64,000 nucleotides of DNA, from assembly GCF_009914755.1 (NCBI RefSeq), contig NC_060927.1; one strand, written 5' to 3'. The DNA is from the human T2T-CHM13v2.0 reference genome, Homo sapiens. The translations under genes and the position numbers were made by a program. This document shows, piece by piece, positions 15,786 to 30,124 of the stretch. Position 1 is the first letter of the stretch. The number at the start of each line of letters is the position of its first letter. A model generated the notes under the pieces. The model was not told the DNA's origin. It worked only from the letters and a program-made list of their open reading frames with translations, and did no database searches.

Positions 15786-17319
15786 AATTGTAATATTAAT
15801 ATATTATTTTAATAATATTAAAAAGGCTTCACAAGATAAGGTAAGACAAATAAGGTAATTTGAAGTTCCGAAATTGCAGTTTAATCTCATAGTAACTTTA
15901 TGTGTATGTATTTTTGATTTTCTCTTTTCCTACTGGTAAGTTTGGTTGAAAGATTACCCTTTGAGGAGGGAGACAGTGAGGTGGCAGTGGGAGAGAGAAG
16001 GTCAATCTTACATATTTTGCATTATCTCTCAGCCAAAATTCAACATCTAATGTCTTTTTGCCAAGATACTCATATTAAATTGACATACTAGGTATAGTCA
16101 GAGAATTAACACCAAAAGCACAAAATCTTTCTTATAACATGACATAAAAAATAGTCTTTCTGATATTTGACCTTGTGTGTCAAAATGTTGAAAAACTAGT
16201 TAGCTACCACTTTCCCCTCAAAACCTAACCTGAAACTTTCATTTGAAATGACAGTTGTCCTTAAAATAATTTGAGAATCTACACTGCAGCTCTTACTTTC
16301 TCTATTTCAAAGATAACTGTTTTTAAGTTTATACTTTTGCCAAGTAAAATTAAAGTTCAGAATGAGCCAATTTTAAGGCCATTTTAGGAGTCTGAGAGAC
16401 TTGTTTTCCTGGCACTGAAGGAGTTTACTAGTTCCATTACACACTCCACATTTGCCACCCTGAGAGTATCACAACTACTGCTACTGAATGATTGTGTCAT
16501 CTTGTGAAAATGAATCACGTCTCTAATTTAGAATTTAGATATGACAACCAATTATGTGAGAACAAAATTAGTTTACCTGTCAAGTGCAAAAAAAAAAAAA
16601 AAGAAAAATATTTAAAACCACCTTTTTTCTAGGATGAATGAGCTAGGCAAATAACTTTTTAACCCAAACTTATCATGTAAAAATTGTCATGGAGAGAACA
16701 CAAGAATTCAATTAACTACTTGTTCCCTCAGAAGTTAATTGTTGTTAGTCCTATTGTCATGTCTTGTTAATGCCTGTTCTTCAATTCATTGCTTTTTAGG
16801 CTTAAAAAGGGTATCTCAAAGGCAGAGAATTAGTTTGATATAATTCAGCTTATTTTTAGTCTTTTTCCTATTTTCCCAAAATTTGTAGAGTCAAATTTTG
16901 AATACTAGAATAAATATAAATTGTATGTAAGAATTATTTGTGAATTTCAAAAATACCTGCCCCCTCTTTCCCTCCAATATGGCTATTCTAAAATAAATTG
17001 CAACATTGGAATATTCCATTCTGATTCTTATCCTAATAATGGAAACCAATTGAGTCATACAGAGTTATAGTTTCTTAGTAAGGCAATTATTAAGAATGTA
17101 ATATCTTGTGATATATAAGTTTTATTTTTGAGTAACTTCAAATCTTTAGTCTCATTTCACTTAAAAATACTTTCAAAAATCAAATTATATCAATAGCTAT
17201 TTATTGAGTTCCTACTTTCTACAGTGCTCTATGAAGGATGCTAATATAAATAAAATTGTCAGAATCATTTAAAATTATATGAAAGATTCTGTTTTTTTAT
17301 GAATAGAAAAAAATCTTTT

Positions 17320-17545
17320 ATGTGATAAATGGCAGCTACATACAACCCACATCTAACGTCATGTTTAATATTGAAAGATAGAATACTTCTCATTAAGATC
17401 ATGACCAAGACAAAGATGTTCACTCTCACCAGCCCTATTTAACATTGTGCAAAAATCTTTACAATTTCAAAGAAGCAAGGAAAGGAAACAACAGATACTG
17501 AAATTGAAAAGGAAGAAATGAAACTGTCCCTATTCTAGGAGACAA
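17320..17545 (+). mobile_element. Old L1 (L1M) ORF2 RT fragment; target of the younger L1PA insertion
   Basis: aacccacatctaacgtcat...caagacaaagatgttcactctcaccagccctatttaacattgtg...aaggaagaaatgaaactgtccctatt resembles L1 ORF2. Confidence 0.7.
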
Positions 17546-17552
17546 GATTTTC

Positions 17553-18574
17553 TTTTTTTTTTTTTTTACATTTAAAATATTTATTTGCTTACCAAAAAAC
17601 CCAAGATATAAAAGGCTAATTATAAAAAATGACACCAGTGAACAGTTTTTACCCAAGCTAACCAAAAACAGAATAATATTAACAGTGCAAAGAAATGAAA
17701 AGAAACTTCAGTTTACATTTTGAATTAAGATGTCAATGAAATAAAACAGCAAATTCATCAGCCTTGCTGTTCACTTACATGGCTTTAACATTTGAAGAAA
17801 ATACAAAAAGCCTTTTCAACTTTGATAATCACTTTTGACTCTTTGGAGTTGACTGAGAAAGGAAACTACATCAAAACTTCCATATGTTAATACAGATTAA
17901 ATGCATAATTTGAAAATGTGATAATTTTTTAGAGAACACACAAGCCAAGTTGTTACCATTCCATCTGAATACTTTGATAAAACAACTTACAGACTTACTT
18001 GTAGGGTCCATTTTCATTTCCAAGCATGGCATAAAATGTTTTAAATGGGACAGTTCTTTTGGTACATTTTACACAAAATTTCTTTCATAGATTTTTAGGC
18101 CTAAAATTAAAGAATTATACAGGATGACACTAAGGGGGCAATTTACTGAAATAACTGACATTCTCCACTGACAGCTCAAGACTGGATTCAGATTCCTCGG
18201 CACTTGTACAGTTTGATTTCTGTGAGCAATTAGATAATGGCACATAGATTATCATAGTCATGTTAGTTAAAAACATCTCTGCCTACATTTATGGTTTGAC
18301 TTAAAATGAAGAAATATGAAGATATTTTCTTTTGTCACAAGGGGTAATCACTATATGAGTGGATTGCTGCAACTCTCCTGCAATGGGCAGAGATATTTCA
18401 TCAATACCACCATCTCAACAGTTTGTCGCTAACTCTTAAGTAGTCTATTTTATTATAATGTATTAATATCAATCATATCTACACACTATAAAAATGTTAA
18501 TTGAGCTCAGGTATGATACCAGCATCTTATCTTTACAGGCTCACAGGGAAAAGATGTAACTCAAGTTGCAATGA
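17553..18574 (-). other. Putative L1 3'-transduced segment with its own AATAAA and poly(A)
   Basis: Minus-strand AATAAA at 17585-17580 lies 12 nt before poly(A) 17567-17553. The segment sits between the L1PA tail and the distal TSD. Confidence 0.72.
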
Positions 18575-20373
18575 TATTTATTTTATTTTATTTTAATTAT
18601 TATTATACTTTAAGTTCCATGGTACATGTGCACAACGTGCAGGTTTGTTACATATGTATACATGTGCCATGTTGGTGTGCTGCACCCATTAACTCATCAT
18701 TTACATTAGGTATATCTCCTAATGCTATCCCTCCCCTCTCCCTCCACCCCACAACAGGCCCCAGTGTGTGATGTTCCCCACCCTGTGTCCAAGTGTTCTC
18801 ATTGTTCAATTCCCACCTATGAGTGAGAACATGCAGTGTTTGGTTTTCCGTCCTTGCAATAGTTTGCTCAGAATGATGGTTTCCAGCTTCATCCATGTAC
18901 CTACAAAGGACATGAACTCATCCTTTTTTATGGCTGCATAATATTGCATGGTGTATATGTGCCACATTTTCTTAATCCAGTCTATCATTGATGGACATTT
19001 GGGTTGGTTCCAAGTCTTTGCTATTGTGAATAGTGCCACAATAAACATACGTGCGCATGTGTCTTTATAGCAGCATGATTTATAATCCACTGGGTATATG
19101 CCCAGTAATGGGATGGCTGGGTCAAATGGTATTTCTAGTTCTAGATCCTTGAGGAATCGCCACACTCTCTTCCACAATGGTTGAACTAGTTTACAGTCCC
19201 ACCAACAGTGTAAAAGTGTTCCTATTTCTCCACATCCTCTCCAGCACCTGTTGTTTCCTGACTTTTTAACGATAGCCATTCTAACTGGTGTGAGATGGTA
19301 TCTCATTGTGGTTTTGATTTGCATTTATCCGATGGACAGCAATGATGAGCATTTTTTCATGTGTCTGTTGGCTGCATAAATGTCTTCTTTTGAGAAGTGT
19401 CTATTCATATCCTTCACCCGCTTTTTCCTGGGGTTATTTGATTTTTTCTTGTAAATTTGTTTAAGTTCTTCGTAGATTCTGGATATTAGCCCTTTGTCAG
19501 ATGGGTAGATTGTAAAAATTTTCTCCCATTCTGTAGGTTGCCTGTTCACTCTGATGGTAGTTTCTTTTGCTATGCAGAAGCTCTTTAGTTTAATTAGATC
19601 CCATTTGTCAATTTTGGCTTTTGTTGCCATTGCTTTTGGTGTTTTAGTCATGAAGTCCTTGCTCATGCCTATGTCCTGAATGGTATTGCCCAGGTTTTCT
19701 TCCAGGATGTTTACGGTTTTAGGTCTAACATTTAAGTCTTTAATCCATCTTGAATTAATTTTTGTATAAGGTGTAAGGAAGGGATCCAGTTTCAGCTTTC
19801 TACATATGGCTAGCCAGTTTTCCCAGCACCATTTATTAAATAGGAAATCCTTTCCCCATTTCATGTTTTTGTCAGGTTTGACAAAGATCAGATGGTTGTA
19901 GATGTGTGGTATTATTTCTGAGGGCTCTATTCTGTCCCATTGGTCTATATCTCTGTTTTGGTACCAGTACCATGCTGCTTTGGTTACTGTAGCCTTGTAG
20001 TATAGTTTGAAGTCAGGTAGTGTGATGCCTCCAGCTTTGTTCTTTTGGCTTAGGATTGTCTTGGCAATGCAGGCTCTTTTTTGGTTCCATATGAACTTTA
20101 AAGTAGTTTTTTCCAATTCTGTGAAGAAAGTCATTGGTAGCTTGCTGGGGAGGGCATTGAATCTGTAAATTACCTTGGGCAGTATGGCCATTTTCACAAT
20201 ATTGATTCTTCCTATCCATGAGCATGGAATGTTCTTCCATTTGTTTGTGTCCTCTTTTATTTTGTTGAGCAGTGGTTTGTAGTTCTCCTTGAAGAGGTCC
20301 TTCACATCCCTTGTAAGTTGGATTCCTAGGTATTTTATTCTCTTTGAAGCAATGGTGAATGGGAGTTCACTCA
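18575..20373 (-). mobile_element. L1PA (about PA4-PA5) 5'-truncated, ~1.8 kb
   Basis: ORF2 C-terminal ORFs 19325-20374 (349 aa) and 18806-19324 closely match L1 ORF2p; primate L1PA 3'UTR; A-rich tail 18575-18606. Confidence 0.96.
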
Positions 20374-20439
20374 AAAGATTCTCTTTTTCTTATGTGTGCA
20401 TGTCTAGACTTTTAAGGAGATAAAACCTTCATAAACAAA

Positions 20440-20603
20440 TTTCTCACAAAAGAAAGCAATAAATATATACGGTGATGGATATGTTAATTAGTTTGATTTA
20501 ATCATTTCAAGATGTATACAAATATCAAGACATCACCTTGTATACTGTAAATATATACAATTTTTATTTGTCAGTTATTCCTGGATAAAGCTAGAGGGAA
20601 AAA
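20440..20603 (+). mobile_element. Old L1 (L1MA/MB-type) 3' end
   Basis: ggtgatggatatgttaattagtttgatt...aaatatatacaatttttatttgtcagttattcc..ataaagctagagggaaaaa. Confidence 0.75.
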
Positions 20604-21439
20604 CACAGAGATTTCTCCTTTATAGAAAAGAGAAAATTAAAATCAGGGGAACTAGGAGGTTTTTTTTTTTTTTTGAGAGAGAGAGAGAGAGAGAGCTTTA
20701 AATATATTATAAAATCATAGATTTTGGAGGCAGGATAAAATCTTAAATTCTTAATTTATTTAATTTTACTAGAACTATACATATTATATGCCTACTTTGA
20801 ACAAATGCAAAGTTAACTGATTATCTAGTCATTTAATTTTAGCAACATAAATATGGCCACAGATTCAACCAGGTATTTGTGAATTGACTCTATGCCAATT
20901 CACAACTTAGTTTCTAAGTATATTTTGCTTAAAATAATGAGAAACACATTTCTATACTTCTAAATTTGGGACTTCTTTTTACTGACAGAAAAATTCTCTA
21001 GATATGAATGACTGTATTCCCAAATAGCTAACATGTGCTCTCTAGTTCATTTTGCTTAGACCCAAACATTCATATTTACCATATTCTGCCTTTTATGTAT
21101 TGACCTGCCTGCCATCCATAAACAAGTGGATGCCCTTGAAACAGGAATCATGATTCTTTACATTCAGTATACTGTAGTTTCTAACTCAGGGCTTTCAACC
21201 TAGGTGCAATTAAAAAATATATATGGGAAGGAAAGGGGAAAAAAAGAGAGTAAGCTATATATCTGAGTTGTTGTTAAGTTGCTACCACATGTTTTTTTGT
21301 GTGTTTCTTCATATGTACTGATTCATTAGCTTCAATTAAAATGACAAAATATTCAATTAATCATTTAGTTTAAAATATATAATTGCTGTCTCATGGTGTG
21401 ATGACTCCATTTGCAATTAGTCCTACCCAGGAGTGGTAG

Positions 21440-21600
21440 AAAGAGTATTGACTTTGGCACAGAATTCTAACTCAGCGGCCTACTAACTTTGTCACCTTGG
21501 CTGAGCTACCCAACTTCTTCAAGCTTCGGTAGCCTCCCTTGTAAAATAAGGTTGCTAATACTTAGATTTCTGATTCATTGTGAAGAGAGAATATAATAGA
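21440..21600 (+). mobile_element. MIR fragment
   Basis: cctactaactttgtcaccttggctgagctacccaacttcttcaagcttc...tgtaaaataagg. Confidence 0.55.
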
Positions 21601-21684
21601 TTTTCATATCTATGCTGCTTGCCTCTCACTAAGAATGTGACTGTGAGTAATTAATCTCTCTAATCCTTAGTTTCCCTGTCTATT

Positions 21685-22600
21685 CAACTAACATTTATTA
21701 AGTCACTCAACAAATATCACCAAGTATCTAGTAAGCTCCAGGAATGCACACATACACAAATATCCCTATTAAAGAAAATGTAAGAAACTAGAGAGCACAA
21801 AGACAAAATGGGGACATTTTGTCTCTATACTGAGAGTTAAGAGAAATGTCCTGGCAGAGAAGATATCTGAACAAGTCTTCAAATAGGAATAAATGTTAGC
21901 CAAATGAAAAAATTTTGAGAGGGATTTCTAGATAAGAGGAGAGAATAAAGCCATAAGGGTGTGAAACAGTACGGCTTGTATGTGAACACCCTAAGCAAGC
22001 TGCTATTTGATAGAGTTTAGAATATACAGAAAATGGGAGAAAATGAAACTAGAAAATAAAAGAATATGTCCAGGTCAGAGGGAGCTTAGACACTCTGAAA
22101 GGTTTTAAGCAAGCACATAACATAGACACTCTGAAAGGTTTTAAGCAAGGACATAACATAGAATTCATTGGAGAAAGAAATCCCTGTAGCTAAAGTGAGC
22201 AGAATCTATTTAAGAAGTGAGAGGTGGGCATTAGGAGGACAAAGCACAAGTTAGAAGGCTGTGGCATTCATCCAAGTGGAAATTATGCTCTGAATTATAC
22301 TAATACTGTTGTACAATTTATAGGAGCAGGTTTAAGAAATGTTTAGGGCATAAAACAGATATGACTTAGTGACTTCTTGTTGTGTGTGAAGAGGGAGAAC
22401 CAGAGTGGATGACTGGGTCTCTGGCAATTAATTGAAGTTCCAAACAAAAGAGAAAAAGCACGTTTTGGAAAGGAGATAAATAATTATTTCAGTTGAGAAC
22501 ATGTTGAATTTGAGATTGCAGTCAGACACGTACAGCAAGCAAATGGATAACTGAGCTTAGAGAGATAAGACCTGAAGACAGATATTTGAGTTATCTATAA
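21685..22600 (-). mobile_element. L2 LINE fragment
   Basis: cactcaacaaatat 3' end; ggttttaagcaagg; ttcagttgagaacatgttgaatttgagat, typical of reverse L2. Confidence 0.65.
22087..22162. repeat. 36-bp tandem duplication
   Basis: tagacactctgaaaggttttaagcaag(c/g)acataaca twice, followed by taga. Confidence 0.95.
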
Positions 22601-24544
22601 AATATTGCCTACCTTCCGAGATGATGCTAAGGATTAAATTAGATAACGTGTATAAAGTGGCTAATGCTACACAGCACTGTAAATAAAATAAATCAGATGG
22701 CATATTTAAGTACTTTACTCAAAAATGTAATTACCATCCCATCCTGCACATAATTATCGAACCAATCTCTGTATTTGGATAAAATCTGAAGTAAAAGTTA
22801 CAACTTAACCTAATGGACTCTAAAACAAGGTATTGAAGAAAGCTTAGTAAGACGACTGTCAATCTTCCAGTTATTTCTTCTCTAATCACTAAACTATTAA
22901 GGAGTTGGCTTAACGGTCCATCCTCCTGTAACTATAACTGAACAGTTTCCTGCCCTCTTGCCTCTTTTGTTAAATGCCTCCTGGTAAAAAGAATCCTGTC
23001 TTAGATCCTGTAAAATCTATCTTAACATAAAGCCTCTGATTTAGAATATATAATTTTTAAATCCACCAATATAAAGTGAAATAATATAACAGAATGTATT
23101 AATTCAATTTTCAATTTCAGCTAAGGTATCCAAGTCCTGACAACCTTGAGGATAACGGAAAACATGAAGGAAGATGGAAAAAGTGATAATTTTTCCTACT
23201 CTCATACCAGTTTTTCCAAAGCTTCTTCCCCAAATTATAGAAAGTACCACCCACCAACATAGATAGAATAATAGATGTTCCTTTAAACCACTTTTAGGTG
23301 ACTCTACATCTAATCTTTCTAATTTTCCCTTGTAAGCAATCAAAAAAATCTTACAGTTGATGTTAATTCCTAACTATGGATATCTAAAAATAAATTAAGG
23401 AAATGGCATTGCCAAGTTTTGACTTGAATTGATTATTTTAAAAAATTCCTTTTTGTTATGTTTAAAACTTAAATTGGATCAGCTGGACACCACACATGGT
23501 AGAGAGCTAAACTTATTCATTGCCATTTTCTAAGTATAGCGATCATTAGATCATAGACTGTGGAGTGGTTGTGGGTTGATAATGGATCATGAATCCTTTC
23601 AGAGATGTGAAGTCTTGTCCTTCACAGATGAGGATGATTGAATTAGTTCTTAATATCAAGTAGAATAATCTGGCTATACTTACTTTCTTATTGTCAAATT
23701 ACTCCTAAAAATAGGGCAGTGTGTGGCACTGTTTGCTGGTCTGCATTTGCACATTTGCATTAGAAAAAACTCTTCCCTGTGATTGATAAAAATCCCCAAA
23801 TATATACTGCTGGTTTTCTAGGTATAAAATCTGATTTAATCCGAGCTTCAAAGCATTAAGGTCATAATTCTATAGTGAATAACGTTGGACGACTACCTAT
23901 TAGAGCAATATTTTGTAAACTGATGAATTAATGGACAATATATTTTCAAAACATATCACACTTTAATTTTCCTACTGCTTCTACAGTGCCACAGAACTGT
24001 TTATGATCCTTAGTTCTGTCAGGAAAAAAAAAGGAAGGAAAAGTAATTTTCCTTCTAATGAAATGGAAGAAATGCTCCTCGAGAAGAGTAAGTGCCTTTC
24101 GAAAGACATTTTCTGCACTGATAGAAAGGAGGAGCTATCACAGGACTCAGTTGGCTATTTCCCTCTTGTGTTGCAATTGAAAATAAGTCATGAGAAAAGA
24201 AGTAATGAGTTTCCTTTACAGTTGAAGGAATGTAATTTACAAGTTAAGAATTGATTGACTATAAAATTTGGGAAACTTTTGGAACCTAGGAAGTGGTAAT
24301 ACATCCCCATCTGAAATGGTTAAAGAAAGAAAAATTTCCAAAGCCAGAAGAAAACCTAACAATTCTCAAAGCCACTCAAGCTATGCGGTCTTCTAATATT
24401 TTATTCACTAAGCATTCAGTCAATTCCAACTAGGGTATCACTCACCTAGGTCACCAGCAAGTTTTAATGACACAGAGTCAACCAAGATTTTTATGTTCTT
24501 TTTTCTTTTAGATTTTGATTAAAATAAAAACATTCTCCTTTTTA

Positions 24545-24781
<237 letters not shown>

Positions 24782-24830
24782 TCATTAAAGAAAATCAACT
24801 CATCATTGAATTTTGCCACTATATTACTCT

Positions 24831-25670
24831 TGTAATATTGTGAAATATCTAGTTGGTCTTCATCCCCATTTCTCGGCACAATAACTTTTAAAATCCTCAG
24901 ACTCTTTCTCTAATGATAAGATAGTATTTAGTATGCTAATGACATGACTCCAGGCTGGGGAGCCCTAAATAGCTTCAGGGTGGAGGCTGTTCTCAAGAAA
25001 CGCCAAGGCATAATTAGAAGGTGGAAATTTCAGCCCCACCCTGAAACCCCTAGGGAGCAGAGAGAAGTTTAAAGTTGAGTTCATCTCCAGTGGTCAGTGA
25101 TGGAGTCAATCAACCCTGTGTAATGGAGCCTCCATAAAAACCCAAAAGTATGGGAGTTGAAGAGATTCTAGACAGCTGAACATACGTGGAGGTTGCTGGT
25201 GGGTGAAAAGCCCACAATGGAAGGGCTGAGTCCACATGCCTTGCATTATGCATCTCTTCCATCTGTTCATCTGTATCCTTTGTAATATCATTTATAATTA
25301 ATGAATACATGTAAGTCAAGTGTTTCCCTGAGTTCCGTAAGCCACTCTAGCAAATTAATCAGATCCAAGGAGAGGGTCACAAGAATGCTGATTTACAGCC
25401 CGTCAGTCAGAAGCACAAGTTACAACATATGCTTGTGACTGGCATCTAAAGGAAGAAGCAGACTTGTGGGACTGAGCCCTCAACCTAGAGGATCTGACTC
25501 TATCTCCAAGTAGACAGTGTCAGAATAGAATTGAATTGGAGGACACCCAACTGGTGTCCTCTGTAAAATCTACCACAGAATTGGTGTGTGGGAAAAATCC
25601 CTACACACATTTTGGTGGCCAGAGGTGTGTATTGCATTCAGTGTGATGGTAGGAGAAACTGATTTTTTTC
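24831..25670 (+). mobile_element. MER21-type solo LTR (ERV)
   Basis: Starts tgtaatattgtgaaatatctagttggtcttcatccccatttc, like the recalled MER21B/C consensus; internal agcttcagg, gggactgagccctcaacc, gtgtcagaat..aattgaattggaggacaccc. Confidence 0.8.
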
Positions 25671-25677
25671 CTATATA

Positions 25678-26014
25678 AAGTCACCCATCACTTAATAACA
25701 GGATACATTCTGAGAAATGCATCACTGGGTGATTTTATCATTGTGCCACTATCATACAGTGTACTTATACAAACCTAAATGATACAGTCTACTACACACC
25801 TAGACTATATGGTATAGCCTATTGCTCCTAGGCTACAAAACTGTACAGCATGTTACTGTACTGAATACTGTCAACAACTGTAACACAATGGTAAGTATTT
25901 GCGTATCTAAACATAGAAAAGGTACAGTAGAAATATAGCATTATAATCTTAAGGGACCACCATCGTATATGCAGTCTGTTGTTAACTGAAATGTTGCTAG
26001 ACAGTTTATGACTC
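25678..26014 (-). mobile_element. Tigger3a (MER7A/Golem-type) non-autonomous DNA transposon
   Basis: 337 bp with TA on both flanks; internal tatagcctattgctcctaggctaca and gggaccaccatcgtatatgcagtc match the reverse consensus. Confidence 0.85.
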
Positions 26015-26499
26015 TACTTGTAACTCTATCAATCTATTCTAATAATAGTTCTTCAAATACTGTAAGTTAATATGTATACTAAATGGAGAGACAATAAAAA
26101 ATCATGAAGAAAACGATTTTGGAATCTGTTGACATCCTGAAGTTTTCACTATGTCTAAATTTCTGCTTCCTTATCTGTGATACAGGAACTTTACTCCTCA
26201 GGGATGCTTGGAGGATTAAACAGCTGATACAGAACCTGAAACAGTCATCATTTACTAGATTTCTCATCCTCTACCGATAAAACCTCCTGTTGATGGTGGG
26301 TGCCAGACCCAGTCCTCAAGAGGGCACAAGCAGTTCTGGTTAACCTACTTAGACAGTGGAGTGAAAACTTAAGCCCAATAGGCATACTTTAAGAGAGAGC
26401 ATCATTAGATTAGTAGCAGTTAAAACTAAGCCCTACTATGAAACCTTGTTGGCACATCATGCATAGAGGTCACATTGGTGCTATCAAAATTAAAATGCA

Positions 26500-27136
<637 letters not shown>

Positions 27137-27419
27137 TTAGCTTCTAGAAAGTCATCTCACAGATGATTAAAAATTGGCTTAAAATTTGGCTTAAAAATTC
27201 AGCTTCTAGAAAATCATCCACAGATATATTCATATATGTAAAATGACATATTTTCAAGCATATTCTTGCAGCATTGTTAAAAAGCAAAAGATTTGAATCA
27301 ATGCAATTGCTCATTAGTAAGTAAGAAATTGAACAATCAGAATAAGGACTATCTATGCAGTAGCATATAATGTAGCCATAAAGAAGAATGAGTCATCTCC
27401 ATTTTCCTAGACTCTGCCA

Positions 27420-27780
<361 letters not shown>

Positions 27781-27864
27781 ATCCATTTATATGAGTCAAT
27801 ATCCAAGACAGAAAAATGCAAATGCAGAACAGCATGTATAGTAGGCTGCCATCAAGAAACAAAT

Positions 27865-28000
27865 GGCCAGGCACAGTGGCACGTGTTTGTAATCCCAGCT
27901 ACTCAGGAGGAGGCTGAGGCAGTAGGATCATTTGAACCTAGGAGTTTGAAACCAACCCAGGAACACAGTGAGACCCTGTCTCTAAAAACAAACAAACAAG
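27865..28000 (+). mobile_element. Free left Alu monomer (FLAM-like)
   Basis: Single monomer ggccaggcacagtggc...gagaccctgtctct with an (aaac)n tail. Confidence 0.8.
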
Positions 28001-29947
28001 AATGATTGAACGAAAATAAACAAACAAATGGTGTTTGTGGCTAGAAAGGTGCACAAGAAAACAGTAACAGTGGTAGCCTCAGAGAAGGAGCTGGAAACAG
28101 GGATGATATATTTTCACTATATATCCATTTTATATTTCAAAAATTTTATTTTATGCACACATTAATTATTCAAAACATTAATTAATTTAAAAATAGACCG
28201 TTCAAAGCCATAATGAATGAGTTAATAATTTTAAGTCTTTGATTATGTAGGTACTGAATTTGGATTCTAAATTTATAAATTAGATTGGAAAATGTCATTC
28301 ATTCTTGTTTCTTCATAGAATATGGTCAGAGAAACTCAACCCTGATTTATGTATCCTACACAGAAGTTGCCAGACTTCAGAATTCTGTTGTGCTCTTGTG
28401 ATAAATATAAATGCACCTTCAGAAGCAGTTATTATACTACTAAATTCACATTAACTTCTAAGATGTCAACGCTTCAGTTGAGACTTGAGGTGCACACATA
28501 CTCTTCATCCATGTCGCTATGTTTTCCTCTAAACATGGCTCTTACCAAGTCCACCTTAAATAATTTCCACAAGTAGGTATTGCAAAGATCTGAATGTCCC
28601 CAGGTCCGACTAAGTCCCTTAGCTGGGAATATTTTAGCAGAATCTACAAGGTAAGCCTTACCCTAGATTCTATACCCAGTTACTTTCCAAGATAGAGGTA
28701 AATAGAACCTAATCCGTTCACTCCAATGTTCAGTGCATTCTCACACCCCAGGACTGGTAAGCGAGATACTGGCTTTTACTATTTGCCTGAACCACTGTCT
28801 AATACTCCAGGTCCAGTTATTTCCCTTTTATTTCACCTCAATTATTGGGATTATGGTTGTCCTGGTACCTTCACACATCTTATCAGCTCTCCTGTAAACT
28901 AGATTACTTTACTTAAACCCAAATCTCCAGTCCATACCTTATTCCATTAACCTTCTCATAGGCCAACTTCTACTGATTTCCAGAGATTCCCTTTTCAACC
29001 CACAATAGCACCTTCCTCACACTAATGACTGCCAGCCTGTAATCTCCCTGAATACCTAAACTTCTAGGATGTTCTACCTACATATCCAGGTAGCTTTCCA
29101 TCACTCTCCCCTACAGCTTAACTGAGTGTATCATACACTACACCATGGAAGGTAGTCTAATACCCAGTTATAGCAGGTTTGAGAAACATTCAAAGTTTAT
29201 TCAGGGAATTACCTTCTATTGCCTCAAAATGGCACAAGCCATTTCCAATCAAAGACTCATTACTCTTGGGGCTGAGGGGGGCAGAGAAGATTCACTGGTG
29301 GGCATGACTTCAGATATCAAGTATCTAGTTTTTCATGAAAAGTTGACCATTTTGAAAAGGAAATTAGCACCTTCCTCCCAGAAGAAATATATGATAATTA
29401 TAGAATAAGAAACTTAGAAATATAAAATCATGTAAGTTTAGAATGGATAAGATTATGATTATTCTTTCTACTGTCTGAATTTCACATAACAAAAATTAAG
29501 ATTACAAAATAGGTTTACTTTTAAATATTTATTTCTTGAAAAATTTGCATCTATGCCATTTTTTAAAGTTTAGTTAAGTGTTCCTGATTTCTCATTTAAT
29601 CAACTTTTAAAAAGAAAACTAGAGACATTAGCCAAAGCACATGAAATTATCGAGGCATCGTATTCCCCAAAGTAGTCCCTATTGACTACACTGAAAAGGG
29701 GGCTTTCTGAAATGAGTAAGCCAAGTTATATTTTCATTCTAAATAATTTATTCAGAAAAATTATTTATTCATTTTTCCACAGAGGTTTATTTTCCTAGCA
29801 GCTTTATTAGATGGTTGGAGTTATTTCACTCTTACCATGTCTCATTTCTCTTCTTGCAATACCAAAAAGGCAAAAAATGAGAATATCTATAGCCATGTCT
29901 TCTGGCATAGTATTTTAGTCTCCTCATATCTGGATAGAAAAGCATCA

Positions 29948-30124
<177 letters not shown>

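Noticed and set aside
17553-18574. Independent processed pseudogene
   Set aside because: No ORF recognised, and the TSD pair encloses both this segment and the L1PA, so transduction is more parsimonious. Not fully excluded without a BLAT search.
18806-20374. 349-aa and 172-aa ORFs as a functional gene
   Set aside because: Frameshifted C-terminal part of L1 ORF2 in a 5'-truncated copy with no promoter, EN or RT core
28650-28662. Palindrome GGTAAGCCTTACC giving donor-like sites on both strands
   Set aside because: No supporting acceptor or ORF identified; a short palindrome is plausible by chance
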